This document shows positions 42,501-53,600 of a stretch of DNA of 64,000 nucleotides, piece after piece. Made by a program: the position numbers and the translations under genes. This DNA comes from Catajapyx aquilonaris (taxonomy: Eukaryota): positions 62,001-126,000 of the forward strand of contig KZ538025.1 in NCBI GenBank assembly GCA_000934665.2. The letters are read 5' to 3'. The notes under the pieces were generated by a model. The model saw nothing but the letters and a program-made list of their open reading frames with translations. It searched no databases and was not told the DNA's origin. Position 1 is the first letter of the stretch, and every line of letters starts with the position of its first letter.

Positions 42501-44038
42501 ATATGCTATAGACCACTAAGGTGTTAATAGCACGGAGTTTTCCGTTTCTCATCAGCCCGTTTCCCAGGCAATTAAAATGGGGGTGTTCAGCGGCCTCTTA
42601 CGGCGCAGGTGTTTCAAAAGCCATGCATAGAAAAAAAGTAGTCGAGCCAGTTCAGTTGTCTGATACAAATGGAGACTCATATGCTGGATATGCCCAATGG
42701 CATCCTCCTGCTGCACAGTGTTAGATGCCTATTATTTCAGAATTCAATAAGTGGTTGCTGATGCGTAAAACATAAAAAAACCGAATTAGCCCTAAAGTAA
42801 GATGGGTTTAATAGCGTTACAACACGGTTAATTACGCCCGCATGACTGATATTATCTCATGGTTTACATTCCATCTGAAACCAGGATTGTAAATCTAGTT
42901 AGACTTTAACGCATCTCTAGTGCTGAATAAAAAAGTGTGCACAAAATTTAGTTTGGTCAGTGACTAATGAAACCTATAAACCTAGCTTATCAGAATACTT
43001 GCACACATTCCACGTACTTTCAACTTCCCGCTGACTCGGCGCAGTAAATCAAGGCCCGGACCACTCGGTCATGTCGAGGATGGGATAGATAACCACTAAT
43101 GCGAATAGATGCATTGCACAGATATTTCCACTGATTTTACTCAATTCGGCCATGATGAATTGCAGGTTAGGTGTATAATCACGAGGTTGGATGGTTAGCC
43201 CCGGTAAGAGTTTGGGAGGAGAAATGGGTCTGAAAGGTGTACCACGGCCGTGTCTTATGTATACAGTACGCTGCACTCCCCATCGTGAGTTGGTGTCACG
43301 ACATATTTTTCTGGGCACATCTGAACGGTATGTCAAGCCGGAATATGTACGAAGCCCCTGGGGCGGGGTGACAATTCTCAAAATTCAAGGATCAAAGGAT
43401 TTAATGCAATATTGAGGTTATTCGAAGGAAGGAAACGCCCAAGTCGTAACCCAGTTACCGAGTGTCGGAATTACGTATTGTTACGTGTGTGAGAATGGGT
43501 TTCTGTCACCGGACCCACTTTTCCCCGCAGTTCGTATAAGGAAGGAATTGGTACTTGAGATCGAGCAGACGTGTACACATGAGTGGGCAGCTGGCAATTG
43601 TTTCTGCCATATTTTTTTCACGATGAATGGTGAAGGGGGAAAGGTTAAGTGGGACCTTCGACATCGTGTGCCATCTTGAACTTTGTGTCTAACCCTGGCG
43701 TGACATGTCTCTATCAAGTGCGGATCTGAAACATACTTCGTCATTCACTGTCCGGTCAGACGTATGGGCATACCGGGGATTGAGCCGTACAGCATTAGCA
43801 TTCAAGTTGGGATAGGCTATTTTAGCAGCTTAATTACCATTCGCGAAAGAAACATAGCCTTGTACGAAAGCATTAAACAGAAAGTACCGTACATGTTGTG
43901 TAATAGTACGATGGCTAATGACGACAGATAGGCCCGATAACGCGTGACGTGACGTATTGTCGCGTCCGAGCTTAACCTCAAGCAAATAACAAATGGAGTC
44001 GAAGGGTGTTTGAAAGAACACGTAAAACTGGTTTCTAC

Positions 44039-44799
44039 CTGTGGTCTCTGAGATGGTCCTGCCTCCGGAAAGCCTTTCCGCAGATGTCGCATGAGTAGGG
44101 CCTCTCGTCTGTGTGTGTCCTCTCGTGGATGAGCAAGTTGTACGACTTGGTGAACTGACGACTGCAGTACTTGCAGATGAACTGCTTCTTAGGTCTGGAT
44201 GACCTGCCCGGGGCACGGAGGAGTCTTCGGTCGATGTCAGGGGGCAGCATGGCCGGGAAGCTTCCGTAGGGGAAGGGCCCCAAGAAGAGGGGCATCCCGG
44301 TCTGCTTGGGCAGGTACGGAGGGATGTTGACCGGTGGGTGGGGTGGGGGATGTGGGGGCGGCCCCGGGGCAGAAGGGTCGTCCCTGTAGGCGGCCAGCTC
44401 CTTTCTCTTGTCGGCCAGGCTGGGTGCGGCCAGACTCGCGATGTCGAACCCTGTCTTGGGAGCAGGGGCGTCATCCAGGCGACGTCGAAACTCGGCCATG
44501 TCAGAGGTCGGGGGATGACCAAAGGGCACCAGGTGGAGTGGGGGCCTACTGGGGAGCACCGGTTGGAAGGCAGACTCCCGGGTGCCCAGCAGGTTCAATC
44601 CAGCAGCCATATGTCCATAGGCGTGGAGGGACAGTGGGAGGGGGTTGGAAGAGGAACTGGAGGATGAGGGGTGGTTGGATCCGGATCCTCCGGAACTACC
44701 GGATGATTGAGATGGTGCACCAGACATGCCTGGATGAGGGGGTGGGGGCACTACCACTTCGAATACGTCGCTTCTGGTCTTTTGCCGATCCGTTGGCAT
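44039..44799 (-). CDS. bowl: Bowl, first coding exon: N-terminal region, ZF1 and most of ZF2
   Basis: ATG at 44799 (MPTD; the track's 44802 start is a GTG). Bowl-type motifs [19 protein letters not shown] and [20 protein letters not shown]. Donor AG|gtagaa at 44038-44037; exon acceptor tttgtttcccccag| at 44879-44878. CDS 761+1102=1863 nt = 620 aa. Confidence 0.95.
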
Positions 44800-45459
44800 C
44801 ACGTTCTTGTCGCGTCTGCTGGTGTCCCAATTGTCGCACTGGACACTTGGAAGTCACTTACTAGGGGTCACTTCCACCTGGGGGGAAACAAATTGCCTGA
44901 CTTATTATTTGGGTCTTATCATGGCCTCGAGATGGTCTTAGGACGAGAGTTGACAAAACTATGTAAATAGCTGCAGATAATCGGTTTAAATCTACTGCAC
45001 AATCAGGATTAGTGCTGACTGTCACAAGTTAATATATCCTCGATATGATAAATTCTGATTCTCACCAAAATTTCAATGGATCCCTTGTCATTATTTTATT
45101 CTCAACACTGGATCGGATCGCATGTTGCATAAAATAATATTATGAACTTGTAATTATGCAATAAGGAGAAACAAGTGCATAATTACATTCTTGCATGTAA
45201 TTATGCACCTGTTTCCCCTTGTTTCATAAGTTTTATAACTTTTCATAAGTTTAATAATTTTTCATATGTTTAAGTTTCATCCTAATTTCATAAAACTTTC
45301 AGATGGATGAAACGTAATTTCACAACCTGATACCCTATTGTAGACCTATTAATTCTGAAAGTTCGTCTTCCTTGCAATAACCTAAAATTTTTACGCCTTC
45401 AAGACTGATGTTCTTCACGTCGTTTCCACCATTCTTATAATTAGATATTGTCAAATTAC

Positions 45460-45620
45460 CTACTACTGTAATAAAATCGACTCTATCACAACACTGAATA
45501 CTCTGTACCATCCACACACATCACCCCGAACATCACAAAAAACACATCCGCACAACACCTCACATCACAATATCACACACCCGAAAATAAACCGCCCATG
45601 ATAATGCCAGCCACCTACAT
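45460..45620 (-). other. Probable non-coding 5'UTR exon of bowl (5' boundary approximate)
   Basis: GT-rich UTR-like sequence ending in donor TAG|gtaatt (45459-45458), upstream of the 44878 acceptor; a GC-rich promoter-like region lies 5' of it. Confidence 0.45.
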
Positions 45621-45810
45621 GAGCACAGGTGACAAGTGTCCATCGCGATCTCACTCAACAAGCGCAGCTGGCCAAGATGGCCGCCTTTGGGTAACAGCCG
45701 AGGCTTTGTGGCGGCGGCGGTGGTTGCGGCAGGGAGGCAGGCAGGTAGTGAAGGGGATGTGGGCGAGCCAGCCCACCTTTCCCTGCTGCCTCGCTTCCTT
45801 GCACTGCTTG

Positions 45811-45837
45811 GCTGCTGCTGCTGCTGCTGCTGCTGCT
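45811..45837. repeat. (GCT)9 microsatellite upstream of bowl
   Basis: Nine perfect GCT units. Interrupted CAG tracts also occur at ~13757-13845 and ~54300-54345. Confidence 0.9.
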
Positions 45838-48275
45838 TGGCTGCCACAGCCAGGGGCAGTGTGGGAGGAGGCAGCAGGGGGAGGTGACCCAACAGGTTGA
45901 AAAAACTTTACACAAAAAATTGTACAGGTATGAAGAAGGGGGATTGCTTTCATGGTTCCCACTATGCGGTAAGGCTGATTTATAATATACGCAGGTACTC
46001 GCTACGGATATTGACTCCTGACCACACCTGGTATGGCTTATCTGTAATGAGATTGGTACCAATAATTGCGGATGTTCTTATGTGACATCCTCAGAGCAGG
46101 TGGTGAAGGCACCTGGTAGCTAGTTAGCCATGCAGAAAAGTAGGGGAGGCGTGACAAACGAAACAGTAGGCAAACAGCAGCATCAACCATTGTCGCCATC
46201 TCGTCGTACCTAATTGTAATGAATTGGTCCAAATCCGCGGATAGGAAAAGTGAGGCTGGCAACATGGCTGCGTGATTCCCATTGCTAATCAAGCTGGCTC
46301 CATGTGAAGGTCGTGTTTTTGTAAGGGGGGCCCAACGCTACTGCGGAATTCGGTCCTTGTACTGTTTGCCTTGTACAGCCCTAGACAAGTTTTGGGGACC
46401 TGGGTCCGCCAGGTGCATGTTGTTGATTGGTCTGGTTATGAGCTGGGTGGACTCCTTCGAGTAGTGGCTATCATATTTTTTCATCGTGTTATGTCGAAAG
46501 AAAATGAGCCCTCGGTGTGTGGTCCTTCAATGTCATCTTCAGGAGTAGCCAACCCCGTAATGAGTGTCATAATAACTGTTATAAAGAAAAACTGGTACCG
46601 AATGTGACAGGCAAACATGACCCAACGAACGTTGGTGCAAAGTCATCTGCTCCACACATGGCGCCCCGCTTATACTTCACCTTTCACCTCGGCGTGTTGT
46701 GTGTGTCCACCCACTTTCTTTTCTGTGGACTATGTACAAGGTCGGGGATGGAAGCCATAGTGATAATTTTCCTATGAGGAAGTCCGCCTAATGATTGTTA
46801 TCCTGAAGCTTCCTTCGTGACTATTGTATTGTATCCGGACACTCAAAGTGGGCGCTATCACGCCCCGTTCGGATGATTCGTGAACATATCAAGCTGCAGT
46901 TTGCTTTCAATTTGATGTGTTTACTTTCCTAGAAAGGAGCATCTATATCGTGCAACTTCTGTGGGCGAAATTAGTTTGCGCATCTGACATTAGCCCAGGT
47001 ATTAGTATCATAATAATTATGGAAAATAAGTGTTATTGTGCACAGAATGCTGTAAATATTCATCAGTATGAATAAAGTTTGAGTTAAAAAATTGCACGCT
47101 ACGTGTAATATTTATCTATTTACACAATGCTAATTGCGCATGCAGGAGGAAATTGCCATCTGCTATTCTGTAGTGGCAGTGAACGTTTGAGGAAGTTAAT
47201 TTGAATATTTTATTTTTAAGTATTGCATGCCGTAGAGCGTAGAGTGACTATAGCAGAGAATGTGGTAGTATATAGAAAGGTACTAATTAACATTTTCAAT
47301 AGTCTACAATTTAAAAATGTGAATGCAATTTCATAAGCTGGAAAATTCAGAATGATCAGTCCAAGTTCTGAGTCACTTGATTTCGAGATAATTATGAGGA
47401 TTTGAATTCCAAGACTAGTGGGATCCCTGTAATTTTTAAAGCACTTCTCTACAAGTGTAGGGCTGTAGGCAGTAGTGGTTAAAATTTGATTAAAATTCAG
47501 TTTTCGTGGAATTTTATTTGCCACTACAGGTGCCTATTGGTCATGATGACACTATGCGGAAAGCTTTCCTCTAGGGCGTATTAATTATACAGAGAACAAC
47601 ATTGTTGAAGACAGTGCTTTGTAGTGAGACGATAAATGCTATTCCACGTCACGTTCTGAACAAAATTATTTTGGCAGTCTTTCCCCGTGCGGAACCATAT
47701 ACTTTTATCTTCGATTTATATAAGTCGTTTTCGGACTCAAAATAACAGTTTTCGTCTAGCTTCCCTCAAAAATGTGTCGGGAACACTATCGTAGTTCTAC
47801 CAATTCATACAGCCACGTTCTTGGCTCGACTCAGCTTCAGCGACAACCTAGAACCTGCCACAACTCATACTAGGAATGTGTTCATCCTTGGCATATCCAC
47901 CGATATAGGAATTTCAGCTAGCTCATATTTCATTAGTATAGGAGTCATGTATTCCTACGGATCCGTGTACAACCTTTATGAGGTCATGCAACCTCTGCTG
48001 ATTAATCCCTGGTCGTTACATGGTATTGTACGTACACTGGTGACAGTGTTTCATTTCATGTCATCGATCATGTTACCACAAAGGGTGACAATCATTTATG
48101 CGAAATTCCAAAATCCGAAAGTATTTTTTACGTACTGATGTGCCATGCCATAAATGGAAAATTTCATATGAGAGTAACATGATTACCATTTCCTGTATCT
48201 GTACGCATGCAAAATATTTTTAATTTATATAGACTTACTTCCATGGCTACTATACAATATAATTTGCATTACGAA

Positions 48276-48471
48276 ATATATACCGGTATACTCTAATATA
48301 GTATACCGGTATATATGGGATAAATGCCTGAAATCCAATAGCCATGATATTGGATTCCAGGCATTTATCCCATTCCAGAAATGTCACATTTTGATGCAAA
48401 ATAATATGCAAATATTTCAAAATCCAAAACACTCTCGGTCACAAGCATCACGAATAAAGGATTCTGAACCT
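48276..48471. mobile_element. Palindrome-rich pogo/Tigger-like MITE fragment, copy 1
   Basis: Hairpins at 48276-48316 and 48315-48373 (GGGATAAATG core). They are followed by aaatccaaaacactctcggtcacaagcatcacgaataaaggattctgaacct, which resembles a Tigger/Zombi-type terminal repeat and the 55410-55462 copy. Confidence 0.55.
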
Positions 48472-48660
48472 ATGCGCCTTTTGGGGTGGTGACTCTTCTA
48501 CAGAATGCAAAAATGTTAATGAAATGGCCAAGCTCTCTGAAGTGGGCAGTTGTAAAAATGATTTTGGAATGGCTGCTCTAGAAGAAGTAGCTTTACCAAT
48601 GGCTTGACTATCAAAAAGATGTGGCAGGAGGTATGTTACTCCAAAAAGCCTAAGTCAATT

Positions 48661-48914
48661 GGGTAACTGACATGGGAAAGGGCGTAAGTCACAAATAAGT
48701 TTTTTTACAGGGGGTGGGCAAAAAACGCGTTTTGAGAACACCACGAATAAGATTTTATTGCACAAAAGATTTCTTATTGTTGGATTTGTTACACATAGTC
48801 ATGAAAAGTAAAAGCACTTTATGAGTTTAACATTTAAATATCTTAGGCTACTTTTGTTTCTTTTTGTGGCACATTTTTCATTGTGACTTACACCCTTTTC
48901 CACGTCAACGCCTC
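48661..48914. mobile_element. 254-bp MITE with terminal inverted repeats
   Basis: tgacatgggaaagggcgtaagtcacaa (48668-48694) vs ttgtgacttacacccttttccacgtca (48881-48907): 24/27 inverted match. Termini GGG/CTC flanked by aatt/aaat. Confidence 0.7.
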
Positions 48915-49348
48915 AAATGCCAAAATACGAGGTGATCGTTCCAAATTTCAGGACATACGAACCAATCAGGCTAATTCAGACAATCAGTTGTAAAATCATG
49001 TAGAGTCTCCATGAGGTGCACGAAGGTCCACAGTTGCCCTATTATACTTTGATTTACTTTAAAAATTTTACTGCCAGTACAAACTTTTAAAGGCACCTCA
49101 AGAGTTAATCAATGCATTCATTTGGCAATTGAAATTGATAATTACTAATGGTACCGTACCTTTTCCTTTTATGCTAATTATACATTGTTATATTGCAAGG
49201 AAAATGTTAACAATGGTCTTAACGCATAAGAGACATGCAATACGTTATACCAGTAGTAATCTGTAATTTCCACAGGTTACATGTTATGTCACAATATGTG
49301 ACACAATAATAAAAGATCGTACAACATAACTATGTAATATTCATAACT

Positions 49349-49549
49349 AATAATTGACCAAGTTACATGAAATATTGATGACTGATTATACGATCAAAAA
49401 TTTATGATATTCATTGATTTTAAGATCAATATTATTATTATTTTTTTTTAAATGAAAAAAAAAAATAATTGACCAAGTTACATGAAATATTGATGACTGA
49501 TTATACGATCAAAAATTTATGATATTCATTGATTTTAAGATCAATATTA
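49349..49549. repeat. Perfect 86-bp direct duplication with a 29-bp T/A spacer
   Basis: 49349-49434 is identical to 49464-49549. Confidence 0.9.
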
Positions 49550-50063
49550 GTTATGAATATAGATTGTTTAGATATTATTTCACATGGGATGGTAAATAGT
49601 TCAGTGCTTTGTGAAGTACAGGCATACAAATATTGCACCGAAAATAGCATCACCATTTTTTGAATGCAACTCCCATAGCACCTATCCCACGTTCAGTCAT
49701 GCATTGTTCATACAACAATTTCAAACCACATGACGCATTTGACTACAACTTACTAGAACATAACCGACCCATACATAAACTTACTCTTCGAAAACATCTG
49801 ACATGCTCAGAATTATTTAAAAAGCTAAATAATTACTTACTAATGCAATTAGCAATGCAAAACTCGAAAAAAACCTGACACCGCATCCTTTCACAACCCC
49901 GAATATTTTCCGTCAAGTCCAAGGCAGTAACAACGCAATTAATATGCAAACGACTTAACCTAATAATCCTATATGGATACATACAGAATGTTGCAGCTAA
50001 TGAGTCCTGGAAACGCATTACCTCACGCTTTTAGATTAGTCAAAACGCCTGACACCCCCCCCC

Positions 50064-50110
50064 NNNNNNNNNNNNNNNNNNNNNNNNNNNNNNNNNNNNN
50101 NNNNNNNNNN
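50064..50110. other. Assembly gap (47 N)
   Basis: Run of N; flanks are G-poor and C/A-rich, like low-quality read ends. Confidence 0.99.
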
Positions 50111-50447
50111 TTCCTTCTTCTTGGTTCCCTTTTCCGGACTTCCACCTGTTGTCCCAGACTAGGCCCGACTAAAGGCTTCCTCCCCCTAGCACCAGCAGTC
50201 GGGAGACCAAAAGCGCCCCCTGCCCCTGCACCCCCAGCTCAACCCTCGGAACGCTTCAACCAACCGCCGCCCACAACCAACACCCCACCTCACCCCACCA
50301 ACAAAACCAACCCTTCTATGCCTTCTGGTCTTTTGCCGCCTTCAAGTTCTAAATTTCACCCCACGCCTCCACACTTATTGAAGAATAAGAAGTGACCAAA
50401 AAGGCGACATTTTGTTATAGTGTCGCACATTGAGGACATAATATACA

Positions 50448-50605
50448 TACCTACCGCCAATGTTCTTACCTAGCAGACAAATGTTCTTACCTAACTGCCA
50501 AATGTTCTTACCTAACCGCCAAATGTTCTTACCTAACCGCCAAATGTTCTTACCTAACCGCCAAATGTTCTTACCTAACCGCCAAATGTTCTTACCTAAC
50601 CGCCA
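50448..50605. repeat. 21-bp tandem minisatellite (ccaaatgttcttacctaaccg) x ~7
   Basis: Head-to-tail units without spacers; later copies perfect, first copies slightly diverged. Confidence 0.95.
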
Positions 50606-53600
50606 TAGTCATGTCTTACTAAAAGTTGATCAATTACATGAAGCCGGTTATAGCACAAGTGGCTTGAGATAACGTTTGGTTAACTAGCTATACTTTCATT
50701 ACTCCATTAAACAGGATCCCTGCTTTCTAGATAACGTTTTCATGTAACATCCTGTGTATTTTCATTTAGTAAAATGCAGATCACATCCTTGGTACAACCT
50801 GTTCAAGCCATGTTTATCTCCTGGATGATTCCAGTGCACGTGTACAAACAGGCTGCTTCGAGACATGGATGGAACAGATATTCTACAGAGCAAGGTGGTG
50901 CGCATAGAGGGGTTGCTGGTTGCCCCGGGGCGGAGGGGTTGCGCAGGGAGTGGGCGAGGGTGGAGCCCCGGATAGCACCCAAGGGTATGCGTGAGGAAGG
51001 GTGCGGGGTTGGAGGAAGCGGCCATTTCAACGTTCAGAACTAGCCTTTTCAAAGCCGCGTTCTATCATTTGCTAGCAGCTGCACCGTTTCATTTCCTCGC
51101 CAAATTGGACACCAAGACGTCCCACTCCATGGGAAAGCGCGCTGACACCCAACAATTTATGCACACGGGGCTGATTCAATCTACGATATTATGTCTGCTC
51201 GCTGCTGTGCATGGGGGTTGATCGATCATTGCTGGGATTGGAGGCTGTATTTTGGACCATTTAATTCCTCACTTTCACTCGTGAAATACCAGAATAGCGG
51301 TTAACGAATAACAGCGATTTGAGAATCGCGCTTACCCCAGGGGACAATCCGGTCGACAACAATGGCTGATGGCGATGCAGGTTGTTTGTTTTGGTATCCC
51401 CAACTATTGCGTGACTTTCGGTGGCACCCATTTAGAGTGCCAGTAGCTATTATCCGACCTGTGGTACTTGTTTGATCACCTCTTGTCAGCCGCATCACAA
51501 CAGCTTCTTGAGGAGTTTCACAACGCCCATCCTAGTCGGAAGGAATCTCAAAGCTATCCCAAGTCGATGTGTACACTCGCTATCTCCCGATAGTCCCCAC
51601 CATCACTAAAAGCCTCTCAGGGTTCCAAAGTCTGCGATATTCAATCTGCGCACGAGGCAGGCGGCGCTCGATCCTGCTTTTATATATATGGGTGTGGTCC
51701 ATCCCATAAGGCTTTAATTCCTGCTACAACACGTCACCGTATGTGAAACAGGAAGTGCGCCCTCAAACATCCTCTTACAAAGTAGTTAAAAAGTACGACT
51801 AATTAAGGCTACTGGAAGTCCCAAGGCCCTGCGGTCCTTTGTAGTGTTATGGACTAGAGCATGCGAAAAGACTAATGTTGGAGGAAGGCAGTTAGCACGG
51901 AATGAGGCTGAAAAGAGGAGAATGAGCTGATGGTCTCAACAGGGGGCATACATTGGCCAATGGTGGCCTGTCGGGGCAGACGGCAGGGGGCCACACTGGG
52001 GGTTGTTGGCTGAAGAAATGGTTTTTTTCCCCCCTTCAAGAAGGTAACACACGAACCGGCTCCGGTTCATTTCATGGACAATCAGTTCATCGGAACAGTC
52101 AGTTACCGGTACCCTACCCAAAATAATCTGATGGACTGGACTCATTTTGGTAACAGGTTTCCTCCTCATATGTACTGTGGAGAATCGGACATGGGTGTAT
52201 GGATGAGGTTGGTGTGATGATCGGCTGATTGGTAGTTAGCAACAGTGTTAGGCTACTGCGTGGGAGTAAGGTGCACAATACTACTTTTCTATTGACATGT
52301 ATACATGTCAATAGAGAAGTTTCGGAAAAACGTGAGCGAGTTGTGAAGGTTGTCCCAAAACATTTGGCAAGTAGTGTCAAAAATGATGAAAGACAGCGTG
52401 TCAAAAGAATGCAAATATATGCAAAAATTGAGCAAAAAAATATAGGTATTTATAGTAAAAATTGATGAAATGGTCAAAGAATGACATATATGAGTGGAAA
52501 GGCACGTTTACGATACGGCAATATGTATGGTGATAAGCACGAAGATTTGTTGGTTGATAATATGCCATCATTGCTGTAATTCTGTGAAAAGTACCTCATG
52601 ACTTAGGAACTGATAGCGCCCTTGTTTGAGCAAGTAATAAATACTTGTGTGACTAACTGCCCTGAAATATGTCTTATGATGCAGCGTGTACATATGCCCA
52701 TTATATTTAATTTTTTATAGACTTTTCTCAGAAATCTGTTTAGTATGAAATTTTTTGTCATTGTTCAGGTGTACTGAAAATATTGGCGTCTGCCTTCTGC
52801 TTACGTTGCGTCAAAAAGTATTCCTGATATCGTAACAGTGACGTGGTTTATCTTCCACAAGTCAGTGTCCCTAGAAACCGGACTAACGTCAATGTTTGCC
52901 AACAGATTGAACTGACACGTTTCCCAACTGCTGAAGGGGCCCCTTCCATATGGAACCTAATGGCCAGGCTATGTCAAGGGAGGCCGCAGCCTACGCCCTG
53001 CAACATTCCTGATAACATATAACACTTTGGCAAGCCAATTCTAGAGGGGAAAAAAGCCGCTTTAACTCTGTAATTGCCATGCCCATCCGCGGAAATGAAT
53101 CACTAAACCTTTATCCTCAGTTTGGAAGTTTCCGCTGACCAGATGAGCTCAATTACTGCACCCCTGATGATGGAAGGTGGTCCCAGCAGGGGGTTCTAGC
53201 TGGAAAAACGCTTTTTTGGGCTTAATTTCGGACGCCACGAAAATATCGTAATATAAATTAACTAAAATAATGGCTTCTTAGAATTATTATTAGTAATGTT
53301 TCAAGGTATGTAACATTATTCGGATGAAATTATTACCAAAGTTAATTTTTGCCATACATTTTTTTCACTTGAATTCTTGGATCTCCTGCTTTATTTTGCT
53401 GGAACCAACATGAAAGTATGGTCAGACGCAGTGACTATTGACATGGCCTTCCAACGACCGAGTTTTTGTTGACATAACCTAACACTTTACGACCACTGAA
53501 CTTAAATAACTTCACCAATCCTTCGCTTTCCCTGTGGGGCCATCGGTTTCTGACGATAATTAGACATCTTTTCCTTTACACAAAAAAAACTTGCTCCTGA

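Noticed and set aside
47169..47529. 11-bp inverted repeat ctgtagtggca / tgccactacag
   Set aside because: Does not extend, no TSD; several such matches are expected by chance in 64 kb.
49640..50395. Pro-rich ORF and strong C/A strand skew around the N gap
   Set aside because: Spans the gap; composition looks like low-quality read ends.
50460..50672. ORF with MFLPNRQ repeats / CRISPR-like periodicity
   Set aside because: Translation of a 21-bp tandem repeat; no spacers, no cas genes, eukaryotic context.
51670..51695. TATA-like boxes (also ~22374 and ~30053)
   Set aside because: No well-spaced Inr or downstream gene structure to support a promoter call.
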